Source: Psammoneis japonica
Lineage: Eukaryota
NCBI GenBank assembly: GCA_008632985.1
Contig: QPGO01000296.1
Location: 51,731-71,730 of the forward strand
Direction of reading: 5' to 3'
Length of the DNA: 20,000 bases
Under the pieces are notes generated by a model. That model had not been told where the DNA came from, made no database searches, and saw only the letters and a list, made by a program, of their open reading frames with translations. The first letter of the stretch is position 1; each line of letters starts with the position of its first letter. Of the stretch, positions 1-11,168 are shown one piece after another. A program made the position numbers and the translations under genes.

Positions 1-120
1 TCCGATGTTGGTTGGAGGTTCAAGCAGCAACAAATTAATGCAAGACAACCAACCTCTGCCATGGCACCAAATTGAAGCAACGGAGACTCTCTCCCGGGCA
101 CTTGCCAGCATGTTCATGCC

Positions 121-2400
121 TTGCACAAACAGAAATGGTTCCCTGGGCTTGACAAGAATGGTGAAATGCACACTGCTCATGGGGTTGGTCGTGCGAGCAT
201 CAAGAGCCACAAGCCACTTCAAGGTGCAGAGTTGAAGAAACACACGGCAACGTGTTTTCCCCATGGACATGTTCACTGTGTGCCCAATGTTGTTGAGCGA
301 GCTCTGAAACACAAAAAAGAAACAGCTGGCCAGCTGGCATCAACCGGAATGCAACAAGGTCAAAAACAGACCAACAAAAAGATGCAAAAGGCGGCAAAGG
401 AATTCGAGGTCCCTGCCAGTGCAAAAATTTCACTTGTCTTTCCTGATTTCTTGGACAGAGATGACACCTGAAACACTCAGTGTTTCAGGTGTGAGACAAA
501 CAAACTGGTGCTGTTGTTGGGGTCAAGACAATGTGCCCATTCTGCAAATCAAATGCTCATGTGGAGCACAAAGACAGGGCGGGATGCAAGGACAATGTGA
601 GGGCAACTGCAGGCCACAAGGAGAAAATCCCGCCAGTGGGGCCAATTGGATTGTGCAGCAATCAGACTTGTGGTGGACCAGTTGACAATTTGGAGAACCA
701 TGATTGCTGCTCGACGCACTCATTCACAGTCTGCAGTGAAGCCTGTTGGCAACAATGTCCAGAAGAGGTCAGGGAATGGTGTGACACCATTCTAAGAAAA
801 GACGCATCATCCGGAGAAAATGGACAAACTTTGGTGGCAGAGCAATTGTGTTGTGAAGTGCTGCATGACTCAACAATTTTAAAAAATCTGGCAGACAAGA
901 TGGAGGAAGTGCACCAACAGGCTGAGCGCAGGGCGATTGCAGCATGTGTGGCTTTCACTGAATCCCAAGGTGACCCCAACAGCTTGCCTGATTTTGGCAG
1001 TGATGATTGTGACAAGTTGTTTTGACCACCAAGTCACGACACATTTGGCAGTGTGTTTGATGCAGTGTTTGAGATTGTCTTGCCCTTTCTACATCAAGAC
1101 CTCTTCATGAGAACCCCAGGCTGATTTGTTCAATGGGACTCTGCTTTTGACTTTGCAAAGAAAGCAATGAATGACACAGAGTCAGAAGAGGAGTTTAAGA
1201 CAGTTGCCATTGTCTTTGGCGAGCATGGACACATTCTTTCTTGGGCATTTGCTCAAGCCAAGGGAAGCGTCATGTGCCAGCAACTGATGTGCTTCATCAA
1301 GAAGCTGTGAGCATCAAGGACAGATGGAAAATGAAGGCAACCACTGCATGAATGAAGTTGAGCATGGACACAGTGATGTCTGCTGTGAAGGACTTGTTGA
1401 TGCATGGGAACATTGGTTCCTCAAGCTGTGGCCAAAAGCGAAGGTGCCACCAATGAAAGATTTGTGGCATGGGGAAAAAAGGTCACAGACGGCACTTGCG
1501 GAACTTCTCACAAGCTTCGTGTGTCATTCACAAAGGGGCTGGCCCAAGCCTGCCTTGCACATGATGAAGATTCAAAGTGCTCAGTTGTCAAAAAGTTCAA
1601 GGAGGATGAAAATTGAAAGAGTGCACCAGGGGAAACAAGTCCATGTCGACCAAAGTGGCAATGTCGGCTGTGATGGATCAAAAGACGTTTGGGACAAAAG
1701 TGAAGAATTCTGTGCTGGAGCCCTCTGCAATGGCTGCCAATGTTCAAGATGCTTGTGAGAAAATTAAGGTGGAAGACAAGAGACTGTGACAAGAGGCCAA
1801 GGAATGAAGAGACGGACACTTGTCTTGCCTTTTGAAACCGTCGCCAAACGTGAGCCAAGGAACCGAGCTTGAGGTTCAGAATTTCATGCAGCACATTGAA
1901 AAAGGTTGTTTTGCCGACCCTCTTGGTGTTGATGACATTGACACAGAACTCTTGGATGATCCCCATCTGCACTGTGAACAACTGTGAGGAACTTCCCCAG
2001 GCAAAAGTGTGAACAAGTGTGTCAACAGACTTGCGGCGGACACCGCCATTCACGGAGCACCTCGAGTGCACAAGAGACTTTGGCTTTGAGCCACTTGGTT
2101 TGACATTGACAAAGACACCAAGCTGCATCACATTCTTGGAATAGAGAAACCACAAACTGTTGAGTGGTTCCTTCATGAGATGTTGTTGGGAAGGAAACCG
2201 AACCTCTCTGAGTGTTCTGGCACGGCATTCCCCCCAAAGCTTGAGCCTGATTGTGATGAGCCCGTGGGGATTGAGTTCTTGCCACACAAGCAATGGGACC
2301 GCATTGCAAATGATCTCAATGAATTGCAAGCAATCAACCTGTCTGAACAGCAGAAGTCATTGAAGGCAATGTGTGCATCTCAGCCTGCTGCCAGTTCATC
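121..2400 (+). pseudogene. Decayed DDE transposase-like gene with N-terminal Cys-rich region (resembles DUF6729-associated transposases); stops and frameshifts
   Basis: Motifs in expected order across frames: CPFC (~534), WDSAFDFAKK (~1134-1163), FGE[H=Y]GHILSWAF (~1215), [H=Y]SDVCC (~1369), KDLWH (DxxH, ~1456), HIEKGCFADP (~1892), [TGA=R]GTS (~1985). Family assigned from recalled motifs only; ends undefined. Confidence 0.55.
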
Positions 2401-3269
2401 TCCACCTGAGTCGCATCCAAACAATGGTTTGATGATGAGCGTTTCCCACTTGTCACAAGCTGAGTTGCCACAAGGTGAGCTTGCCCTGAATGCTGCTCAA
2501 CAGGAGTCAGCTGCGGTGCTGCCACTGGCTGCATTGCAACAGCATGTGTCGCAATCTGGAGTGGTGTCCCAGAATGTGCTGGCGGTGACTGCTTTGCTGC
2601 AGGCACCATCACGTGTTTTGCAACAACAAGTTCACAGGCATTGTTGTCTCAAGATCAGCAGGTAGCTGGGGTTGCAAAATGTGCTGATCATGGTCAGCTG
2701 CAAAGCATTTGGTCTCGAAATCTTTGTGCAATCAAATGGGTCTCTTTGCTGGACATCTGTCTCAACCCAAGGGAGCCTCTGACATTTTGTCAAGATCAAA
2801 TGTTTTTGCAGACATTGGTTTCTGCATCCAAAGTCACTAGCCTTGGTGAGGAGAAACTAAAAGCTGCAATTGCAGCTGCTTGGAGGGAACAATGCTGTTG
2901 ATTCTTTTCTGGCAATGGCACTGGCTTGGGAGGGCAAAATGTGACTAGAACATGTCACTGTTTTGTTGAAAGAGAAAGGCAATCGACTGCTTCAGATGCA
3001 ACCAGGGCTTTCAAACAGTCAGCAACCCATGATTTCTCACATGGGCAGGCCGCAGAAGCAAATTTGACGAGAAGATGTTAACAAACCATCGCACGCTCAG
3101 TTGGGGGATCTGTTGAGACAATTGCCGGGAAGGAGCATCCGGAGCACCAAACAAGCCCGTGTGGAAGAGTTGCAAAAAAGAGTTTTAGGGAAAGCCATGA
3201 GACTTCAATTTGACACTGTAGATGACACTGCATCAACATCTCTCTCTTCCTCTCTTCTTTCCCTTTTTT

Positions 3270-5240
3270 AAACTTCAGGGGCGCCAGAAGGGCACCCCCC
3301 TTTTAAACTTTGCATCCACAAAAATCCCCAGACAGGGAGCTGCAGGAGTGGGAGGAAAGAAGGGGCACGTGAAACAGCACTCAGGGCATTTGAGAGATGG
3401 AAGTGGAGCAGAAGGAAAGGGGAGGGAGGAGAGAAAGCAAAGGGTGTGGGAAGAAGAGTGATGGACAATGTTGCAACTGACAGTTTAGATGGCCCATTGG
3501 GAGGGGGGGAAGAGCGGTGGGAGCTGCCAAAGCAACCAGAGGAAAGCTGATTCCATGCACAATTGGCAGATGGGAGAAGAGCAGATGGGGAGGCAAGAGC
3601 GCAGGAGAAGGCATTGAAGGAAGCAGAGGAGTGTCACAGGAAGGAGGGGTTGAGCCAAGGGGGTTTGGGCTGGGAGCATGGGGAGGGAGAGGAGGTGCCA
3701 AAGAGGAGCCAGTGGAAGAAGCAGCCAACAAGACCACCCAGGTGATCAATGGTTGAGGGAAGCAGATGTGTTCCACTGGCACTGAGGAATTGGATGGCAA
3801 GAGAGCCATCAGAGGAAGAGGTTGAGGGGCCTCAAAACTTGGACCTTGCACTTGCACAGCGTGCCTCAGTCAAAAGAGAAGATGAGGGGGAGGCAGACCA
3901 GGTGGAGGGCGAGGGGGGGCTTTGGGGACAGTGACGTTGATGGCAATGTGTTGATGCTGAGAAGGAATGGCAAGGGAAGCAGGGGGAGGGATGGCAATTC
4001 CTGCATCAGCTGGACAGAGAATGGGCCAATGCAGCAGAAGGTTTGCAGGTTTGAGGTGGACGTAGGTGGAGGAATGACAGAGCTTGGACAGGGGGGGCAA
4101 GAGTTTGTGCAAGGATGAAAACAGTGTCCCGTGTGCCATTGGAGAGCTTGGACTTGTCATTGCACTTGCACATGAAGGTGTGGTCACCGCAGGCATCAAG
4201 GGAGGTGTGGCCACAGGGACAAGGAGAGTCAATGAGGGAGGAGGGAAGTGCTGGAAGATGCAGCTTGCGTTGGATGGCTGTGGTGCACTCATCAGAGGAG
4301 AGGCGGGAAGAGGCAAATCAGGAGGAGAGGTGGTGAAGCGGCAGGCTGGCAAGGGGCAATGGGAGGGAATGGAGAGCAACTTGGATGGCAGGAGGAGCAT
4401 CAGCAAGAGTGGCATGATGGTGTGTTGTTGGTGGGCATGATGAAGGTGGCAAGCAAGTCCAGGGAGCCTCATTGACTTGACCAAGGTGGGAAGATTTGGA
4501 GCAGCCAATGAGGAATCAGAAGAGAGCACAGAGGCAAAGCAGCGAAAGAGAGTGTGAAGGCACAGGTTGGAGTGGGAGTTGTTCCAGGAAGAGAGAGAGA
4601 GAGAGAGAGAGATGGAAGCAGTGCAGGAGCTCAAGGCTGTCCCCAGAAGGGAGCTGTGCACCGTGACAAGTGAAGCGGAAGGAGAGCAGAAGAGAGATGA
4701 GGAAGGAGGGGCTGGCGGCAGCAGCAGGAACACACAGGCCCAAGCCACACCAACGGAGGCAGGGAGAAAGGCAATGGCCAGGGAGTGGGGAGGTGGAGAA
4801 TCAGAGTGGGCAGAGGCGCAGTGAAGGAAGTGATGGATGAGGTCCAGAGGAATGGGTCAGGCGGGTTGTCAGGGTCAAAGTTGCAGTGGAAGTCGGTCCA
4901 AAGGAGGTGGGCAGAAGAAGGCACAAAGCAGTGTTTGAAAAGTTGAGCTTGAGTTTGCTTGTCACGTGGGCAAGGCAGGAGACCGTCAACCTCAGCAGAG
5001 AGGGAGGAAGAGACATCAGAGAGGAAGAGGAGTTTTGGCAAAAGCACAGGAGCCAAGAGGCTGTCCGAGGAAGTGGACAACCAGAAGTGAGCTCGGGGTT
5101 GTAGGAGGGGTCAACAGAAGGGTTCAGGAAGGCAAGAGCATTGCACAGGGAGGAGGCATTAGATTGGGAGAGAGAAGAAAGTGGGCTGGTGCCGCTGATG
5201 GAAATGAGGATCTTGTTGTCAGGGTGTCTTCATGGGCATG
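3270..5240 (-). mobile_element. 5'-truncated, degenerate CRE-like non-LTR retrotransposon (end of RT, CCHC knuckle, restriction-like endonuclease)
   Basis: Minus-strand translation gives FLGQPLGS (~5050-5075), LFKHCFVPSSAHLL, AIQRKL[H]LP (~4255-4280), CPCGHTSLDA[C=Y]GDHTFMCK...SNG.RD (~4125-4222), L[C=R]PADAGI...IAINVTVP (~3925-4020), LLPSTIDHLGGL (~3730-3765), PSQWAI (~3490). Boundaries approximate. Confidence 0.75.
4590..4611 (+). repeat. (AG)n microsatellite inside the LINE remnant
   Basis: About 11 AG units seen directly. Confidence 0.9.
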
Positions 5241-5390
5241 AGCACCCGGAACCAAGATGGCCCAAAAAGCCAAGCCAATTTTTGAGTTGACATGTGGCTA
5301 ATCTTCACCATGAAATCTGGGACGGTTTGCCACTTTCAAACAGATGACAAAGATGTAGCATGGTGGCTTTTGCAACAATGCAAATGAACA

Positions 5391-5667
5391 ATGCTTTGCT
5401 GGAGGCTGGTTTTGACAGTCTGGATGGCATGGCTGATGCCCTGCTTGATCATTCCGGTGGCTTCAAAGATGCAACGACAGGCTCTGCGAGAACTGGGCCT
5501 TGAAAATGGCTCTTTCACACAGCAAGAGCTCAAGAAAGCCTGCCGTGCACGAAGCCTTGAAACACATCCAGACAAGGGCGGCTCACACGAAGCCTTCATT
5601 TGTGTTGCCCTAGCTTGCAAATTGCTCTCTGGTTCAGGCACTCACAAGTTCCAAAGCAACGAGCGTC
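5391..5667 (+). pseudogene. J-domain (DnaJ/Hsp40-type) gene, 5' half, interrupted by Copia insertion
   Basis: Hydrophobic N-terminus, then ALRELGL...ELKKA[C=Y]RARSLETHPDKGGSHEAFI.VALA[C=Y]KLL with the HPD motif; frame runs into the TSD/LTR at 5663-5668. Confidence 0.85.
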
Positions 5668-6891
5668 TGTGGGAAAGTGGCCTGAATTCTGGGATTCGTC
5701 TGCACTTTCAGTGATTAAAAGCTGCAATTGCAATGCAACAATCAATCAGCAACTTTGCACCAAAAGTTGAGAGGTGACAATCGACACGTTAGAAAGACCA
5801 TGAGCAGTTTTTATGAGCAGATTCAGCTGCCATCTAAAAGAAACGCGAAGTTGGGCTTGGTCTGCAGGTGAACCAAGCCGGATCGGATCGCCGGATCGAC
5901 TCCTTCACAACCCATTAAAATGTTAGTCCATCGAGTCAAAAAAGTCGATCCGGGGCCTTTGTGGGACTGATCCGCCATCTCGGATCGGATGTCGTGTCGA
6001 ATTTGGAAGATTCCGTGCCGTCATCATGACAATGGCGCAACATCACCCGATTGTGACACAGGGCGGCATGAGATTCAGCCATGAGGGCACAGAACTTCCT
6101 CAGCATTGCAGCCTGAGTCTTTCCATGCTTGAAATGGAGATGAAAAGGTCGCGTGGCTGTGAAACAGCTTGTCAAACCGATGATGCCATAAAGATTTGTT
6201 GGAGAAACATTGAACAAGCAAAACAACAAGTGTTCATTGTGCAACTCGAAATTTCAATGCAAAAACATGGTGTCAGTTTCTCAACTGCAAAAGTGATGGC
6301 TTTTTCTTCCTTGTTGTTGGTGCAAACACTGAGTGACAATGATGCTCAATGATGTGGTCAAGCAAGCATGTAAAGCAGCAACAAAAGTGCAGTTCTGTCA
6401 TCATGTTGTCTTGTCATGACAAGATGTGAAGCATCATGGCCACACTTGTTGTTGTTCGCTTTGTCAGTGCTTTGTTGTTCTTGGGAGTTTGGAATCTTGA
6501 AACTTGTGTCATTTTGCGACTCATCAAAATGTCGAATCCGATCTGTGATCCAATCCGATTCCACCTGTCGACTGACAGAACTCTGACGTGATCCGATCCA
6601 TTGATCCGACCCGGCACGGTTCACCTGTAGACTGAGCCTTAGACACGCGCGAATCTGAGAACAAACATCGCATTCGTGACTCGGGTTCCGCGGGATTCGA
6701 GACTGAGTGTCACACACGGATTTGAATCATGGATCTGAATCAACCAATCAGGTTGAGTTTTCTTGATTCTGACTGCTGTTGCTTGTGGGGAGGAATTGCC
6801 CTTCATGCTCATCAATTCATGACCAAAGGACATGACTCGTGGAGGTTCGATGTTGTTGCACAAAACATGCAAATGTGGATGTGTTGTCACA
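5668..6891 (-). repeat. 3' LTR (436 bp net, interrupted by a MITE at 5854-6638)
   Basis: 5668-5853 plus 6642-6891 align to 12842-13267 with ~24 substitutions and 4 indels (manual alignment); starts TGTGGGAAAG, ends GTTGTCACA. Confidence 0.93.
5854..6638. mobile_element. Non-autonomous PIF/Harbinger-like MITE (785 bp) nested in the 3' LTR
   Basis: 36-bp imperfect TIRs 5854-5889 / 6603-6638 (GGCTtgGTCTgCAGGTGAACC.. vs GGCTcaGTCTaCAGGTGAACC..), flanks TTG (5851-5853) and TTA (6639-6641), subterminal GATCC/GGATC repeats; absent from the other LTR (empty site ~13028). Confidence 0.85.
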
Positions 6892-6899
6892 CTCCCTTC
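6892..6899 (-). other. Polypurine tract of the Copia element
   Basis: Minus strand reads GAAGGGAG immediately before the LTR start TGTGACAAC. Confidence 0.8.
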
Positions 6900-6934
6900 A
6901 ACAACATTGGGTGGAATGATGACTCAAAAACGTC

Positions 6935-8968
6935 TCACCACTTAAGAAGTGACTTCCTGTGCTTGACGAAGAGGTTTTGTGGCAGAGGTTTGGCGAAAAT
7001 GTCTGCAATCTGACTCGCCGCATCAATTGGTGGGATTGACATGAGACCCTTGCGAACATGATCTTTAAAGTGGTGGAGCATGAGGTTGAAGTGCTTTGTC
7101 CGAGGATGCATCTCAGGCAACCTGGCAATCTCCAGTGCTCCAGAATTGTCTTCAAATGCCTTGCAGTGCATGACAGGTGTCTTGGAAGGGACATTGTGAC
7201 CATGACTCATGAGTTCTTGAACAAGGTTCATGATCGGAATGGCACTGCGAAGACTTTCCAAAAGAGTGACAAATTCAGCCTCGGCAGTGCTGAGAGTGAT
7301 CAGGGTCTGCAGCTTGAATGTCCAGACAATGGGACATCCGGCACAAGCAATGACAAACCCAGTTCTTGATTTGGAAGTGCCGATGTCATCAGGTGCAGTC
7401 AGTTTGTTCCAATTGCCCGCGAAGTCCGCGTCAGCATGAACTTCAAGGGACTTGTCTGTTGAGGGCTGTGGAATGACACCTTCATTTCTGGTTTCGCAAA
7501 GGTGCTTGCAGAGCCACAGTGCGGCCTCACCATGAGAAACCTTGGGATCAGATGAAAAACGTGCGATCTGATGCACTGCGCAAGCGATGTCTGGGCGAGT
7601 GCTCTTCTCCAGAAAATTGAGCTTGCCGACAATGGAGCGGTGGTGAAAGCTCCCTTTGAAGCTTGGCTCACTCATGTGCCTGTGGAGAATCTTGGAGGAT
7701 GGAGCCGGTGTTGACTTGTTGGGTGCTCTTTCAGGTGAGTTCGCCATCTCCAGCATCTGATTGACAAGATGCGGTTGCACAAGTTTCATTCTGCCATCAG
7801 GCAGTGTTTCAACGTTGATGCCGAGACAATCATCCAGAGCACCCTGATCATCAACATCAAAATTTGCATCTCTGACATCTTGTGTGGCTTTGACAACTGC
7901 AGTGTTGTCTGGCAATGCAAAGATGCCATCATCCACACAACACACAAAAATCACATTGTCACGGTGACAGAGGCACTCGTCGACTGCCGATTGCATGAAG
8001 CCAATCCGCAGCAAGCCATCATGTGAGTGTTCTTGCCATGCCCTGCCTGCTTGTTTCTGTCCATGTAAATTCTTCAGCAATTTCAGAACATGAGTCTTGC
8101 CATTGCCACATTTTCTTTCAACTCCTGCAGGCAAATCCACACACATGTCATGTTCGGCATCAGCCTGTGGATGTGCCAATGCGAAGTCAACTTGGCGTGT
8201 GTGCCACTTCTTGAGGATGGCTGTGATCAACACAAGTCGGATGGTGAACCAGAAGACGATGGAAGAGCAGGTCTGGAAGCAGTTGACTGCATGCTCTTGC
8301 TTTCCACCATGCACATTGAGTCGGGACTTCCATTTGTAAATGGCACAAGTTTTGATGTCTCTCTTGCACTTCATTGACCATGTGGAGGGAAGAATGTCAA
8401 CATCATCAGGTGCGTCTTCACGTGGCATGAGTGCCCAATGCTTCTTCTCAACATGATCATTGACCTCTTTGATGCAGGCCTTGACAAACTCGTCTCGGTC
8501 AGGTTCGCACATGGCTTGATCAAAGCACACGAATGAAGCAGGTGAGTCCATGTTGTCCTGTAACTTGCAATCATCTTCATGCATGGCATCACAACACTCC
8601 TCTGCCTCTGCTGCACAGGAGACAATGCCTTGAGCCCTCTGGATCTGGCTTTCGCGCATCCTTTCGGTCGGGCGTCGTTGTTGGCTGGACCCACTGACAC
8701 TGGGCTGACCCATGGCATGCTGTGGCTCAGGAGGCAATTCGTCATCATCTGGAGGTACACACAGCTCCTCTTCTTCAGGTTGTGATGTGTCAGCATCAAA
8801 AGAGTCATCCACAGTGGGATCAGAATGCTGCAGCTGAGGTGGGACATCCGGACCCGGCTCAGGCAGTTCTGGTGGAGCAACAGGTTGCTCCCTTGTTCCT
8901 TTTGATCTCCCAAAGATGTTGAGTGACTGTTTGGTTTTGCTTGCTTGAAGCCTGTGATGCCTTGCCAT
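6935..8968 (-). pseudogene. pol: Copia pol: reverse transcriptase + RNase H (open frame, catalytic motif mutated)
   Basis: WSMKCKR...KWKSRLNVHG, QVDFALA, LLKNL[H]GQKQAG, V[CC]VDD, D[C]LGI, RPDIA[C]AV, [H]ADADFAG, SRTG, LSTAEAE, EDNSGA, RTKH, ADIFAKPL. Confidence 0.95.
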
Positions 8969-9000
8969 TGTGCAAATGTTGATGGATTGCCAGCAGAAGG

Positions 9001-9960
9001 TCAGACCGTCTCAAAAAAGTTGTCAAACTGTGCGTGGAACTGCGGCGATGCGAGTCCGGTTTGTAAATTCAAAACCAAGGCAACTGATCCTGCGTGTCTT
9101 GTTGAAGGTCCCAGATTGATTCCCAACCTTGCTCTTGGATCCCATTTAGGTGCTCCACCTCCTCCTTGCAACCAGTTGTGCAAAGCGTAGACTGGGCATC
9201 CAAAAGCATGGTGCTGCTTGAGGTCAGGCTGAACCTTGACCGACGTGAAACGTTCCAAAGGAGAGGAACCATCCTCATGGTCAGGCAAGTGGTTCCTGAT
9301 CTTGTTCGAGTTTCTTAAAGCGCTTGGCCACAAATTTGTCTCTGTTGCAGATGGCCATCTAACCTTTGCATGTAAGAGCTGTTTTCTTGCTTGCTCTTGC
9401 AGGTCCCATGTTCGTTTTTCCGTGATGCCATTTTGAAAGTGAGCATTGACGCCACAGTGCGAGATTGTCTGTTGTTGTTTCTCCACGTCTTGGATGAATG
9501 CATTGTCAGCAAATCTCCCGTTGTTGGCATGATGGTGTTTGATGCAAACATGGACTCGTCGTGCAAAAGCCTTGAAGGAATGTTTGGCCTCAAGTGTCTC
9601 GTCCGAGGTGAGTCCCCTCTGTGAGTGTGTGCATCCCAATCCGCTACAGTGATCAACAAATGTTGTTGCTGCTCAATGCCTTTGCTTCGCAGGTCTCCCT
9701 TTGAGTTGAGGGATCAGTCCAGGAGTCAGACTTTCAAGCTGGTCAACCGATGCAGCCTCTCCAGGCAAGGTTGCCAAGTGGATGTGTCTGTTCCACTTGG
9801 ACTTGGAGCACCATGGTCGTTTTGTCATGGCACCATGCAGGCAGCCGGCGCACTTTGGGTTGTGCACCTTTGTAAGGCGTCTCGGCAGGATGCCTGGGGT
9901 GGCCATGAGCTTGATCATTTTGAATGACATGTGGCCTGGGCGGTGATGCCAACACAACAA
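9001..9960 (-). pseudogene. pol: Copia pol: GAG-pre-integrase HHCC finger and integrase core, frameshifted
   Basis: WHHRPGH...CAGC, SVDQL, HHANNGRF (from YHADNGRF), HFQNGITEKR, LWP, FGCPVYAL, KWDPRARLGINLG, SPQFHAQFD. Confidence 0.92.
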
Positions 9961-10379
9961 TTCACCTTGGTTGTCAGCAGCGGCTAAGGCATCATCATCT
10001 GGTGTGATGTTGATGGGTTCCGGTGGGTCCTCCTGAACCTCCGGTGTCACAAGATCCATCAGGTTCTCCTCGTCAGAGTCAGAGCAACTCGCTTCATCAG
10101 TTGGCTTGAATGACTGAGGTGCACTCACATCAGTGTGGTTGTGTGCGTCTTGCATCTCGGAAGGACGTGTCTTGGAAGGACTTCTGAAGATGTCTTGTTC
10201 AATTGCAGTCTCAGCATCGTTTGCAATGCTTTCGTTGTCAGGTGGCATGACATGAGCCTGACAGGCCATGTGCTCAACATTTTCGATGTGAGTCTGTTGT
10301 TCAACAGTGGCTGCAAAGGTCCGGCATTTGTTGGAACCAGGTGCGGAGTGCATCTTGGCGACATTGGAGTCATTGGACC

Positions 10380-10770
10380 ATGGAATCAAGCGATGGCACT
10401 TTCTCTGATCCCACACTGGCATGAGTCCATCGTCTCTAGTCCAGGACACGGTTCCGTGAGGCTCAGGTGTGTGGTTGCCGGCTTGTTGACTCCATTGTTG
10501 GGGGCAAAGGAGACAGTGAGGCAAGTCCAGTGCGAGCAGTGCATCTCGAATCTTGATGTTGTGCACTCATCCCATGTCATCCTCAATTGGCCACTGTGCT
10601 GTTCCTTCTCCCTTGGCAGGCAAACAACCTTTGACACCAAGCACCACCTCACTCATCTTTCAAACAGGACCAATGAAGTGTGTCTCGTTGTTCGACATGG
10701 TGCAGGAAGAGTGGGAGTCAACACCCATCATGAATGAGTCCGAGTTGCAAGTGGGTTGCATCTGCTGAGG
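10380..10770 (-). pseudogene. pol: Copia pol: aspartic protease region, frameshifted
   Basis: SDSFMMGVDSHSSCTMSN...FIG followed by CLLCPQQWSQQ, at the expected position between gag and integrase. Confidence 0.7.
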
Positions 10771-11168
10771 ACGGCATGGAGTGGTGGCACTGCAAGCGGA
10801 GACCATCTTGTAGCGCACAAGGACGTAGTGAGCCTTCTTGTTGGCCACACTCTGGAGCAGTGACCTGGCTGCGTTGACGTGTGATGCTGTGCGCAGCACC
10901 TCGTCGTTGGCCGTTGCTGGCAAGTCTGAACTGGTGGTGTGCTCATGTCAACTGGGATGTGTGAAAGAATCCACTCACCCAGTGTCATCACAGCATCACA
11001 CAGCAACTTACACTGGCTTGAAGGAAGGGACAGCATCACGAATGAGAGGATGACCCAAATCGGGGCCGCAAACTTCATGACGCCAGAGACTGATGTCAGG
11101 AGCAGTGACGCAACAGCGGCCATCTGTGGGGACAGGAGGAGCGTCATCAGAGCTGATTTGATGGCTGG

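Noticed and set aside
5936..6352. ORFs inside the MITE as a transposase remnant
   Set aside because: No convincing Harbinger DDE or Myb/SANT motif.
5878..6610. Clustered GATC/GGATC repeats as CRISPR or origin-like array
   Set aside because: Irregular spacing, no spacers; they are subterminal repeats of the MITE.
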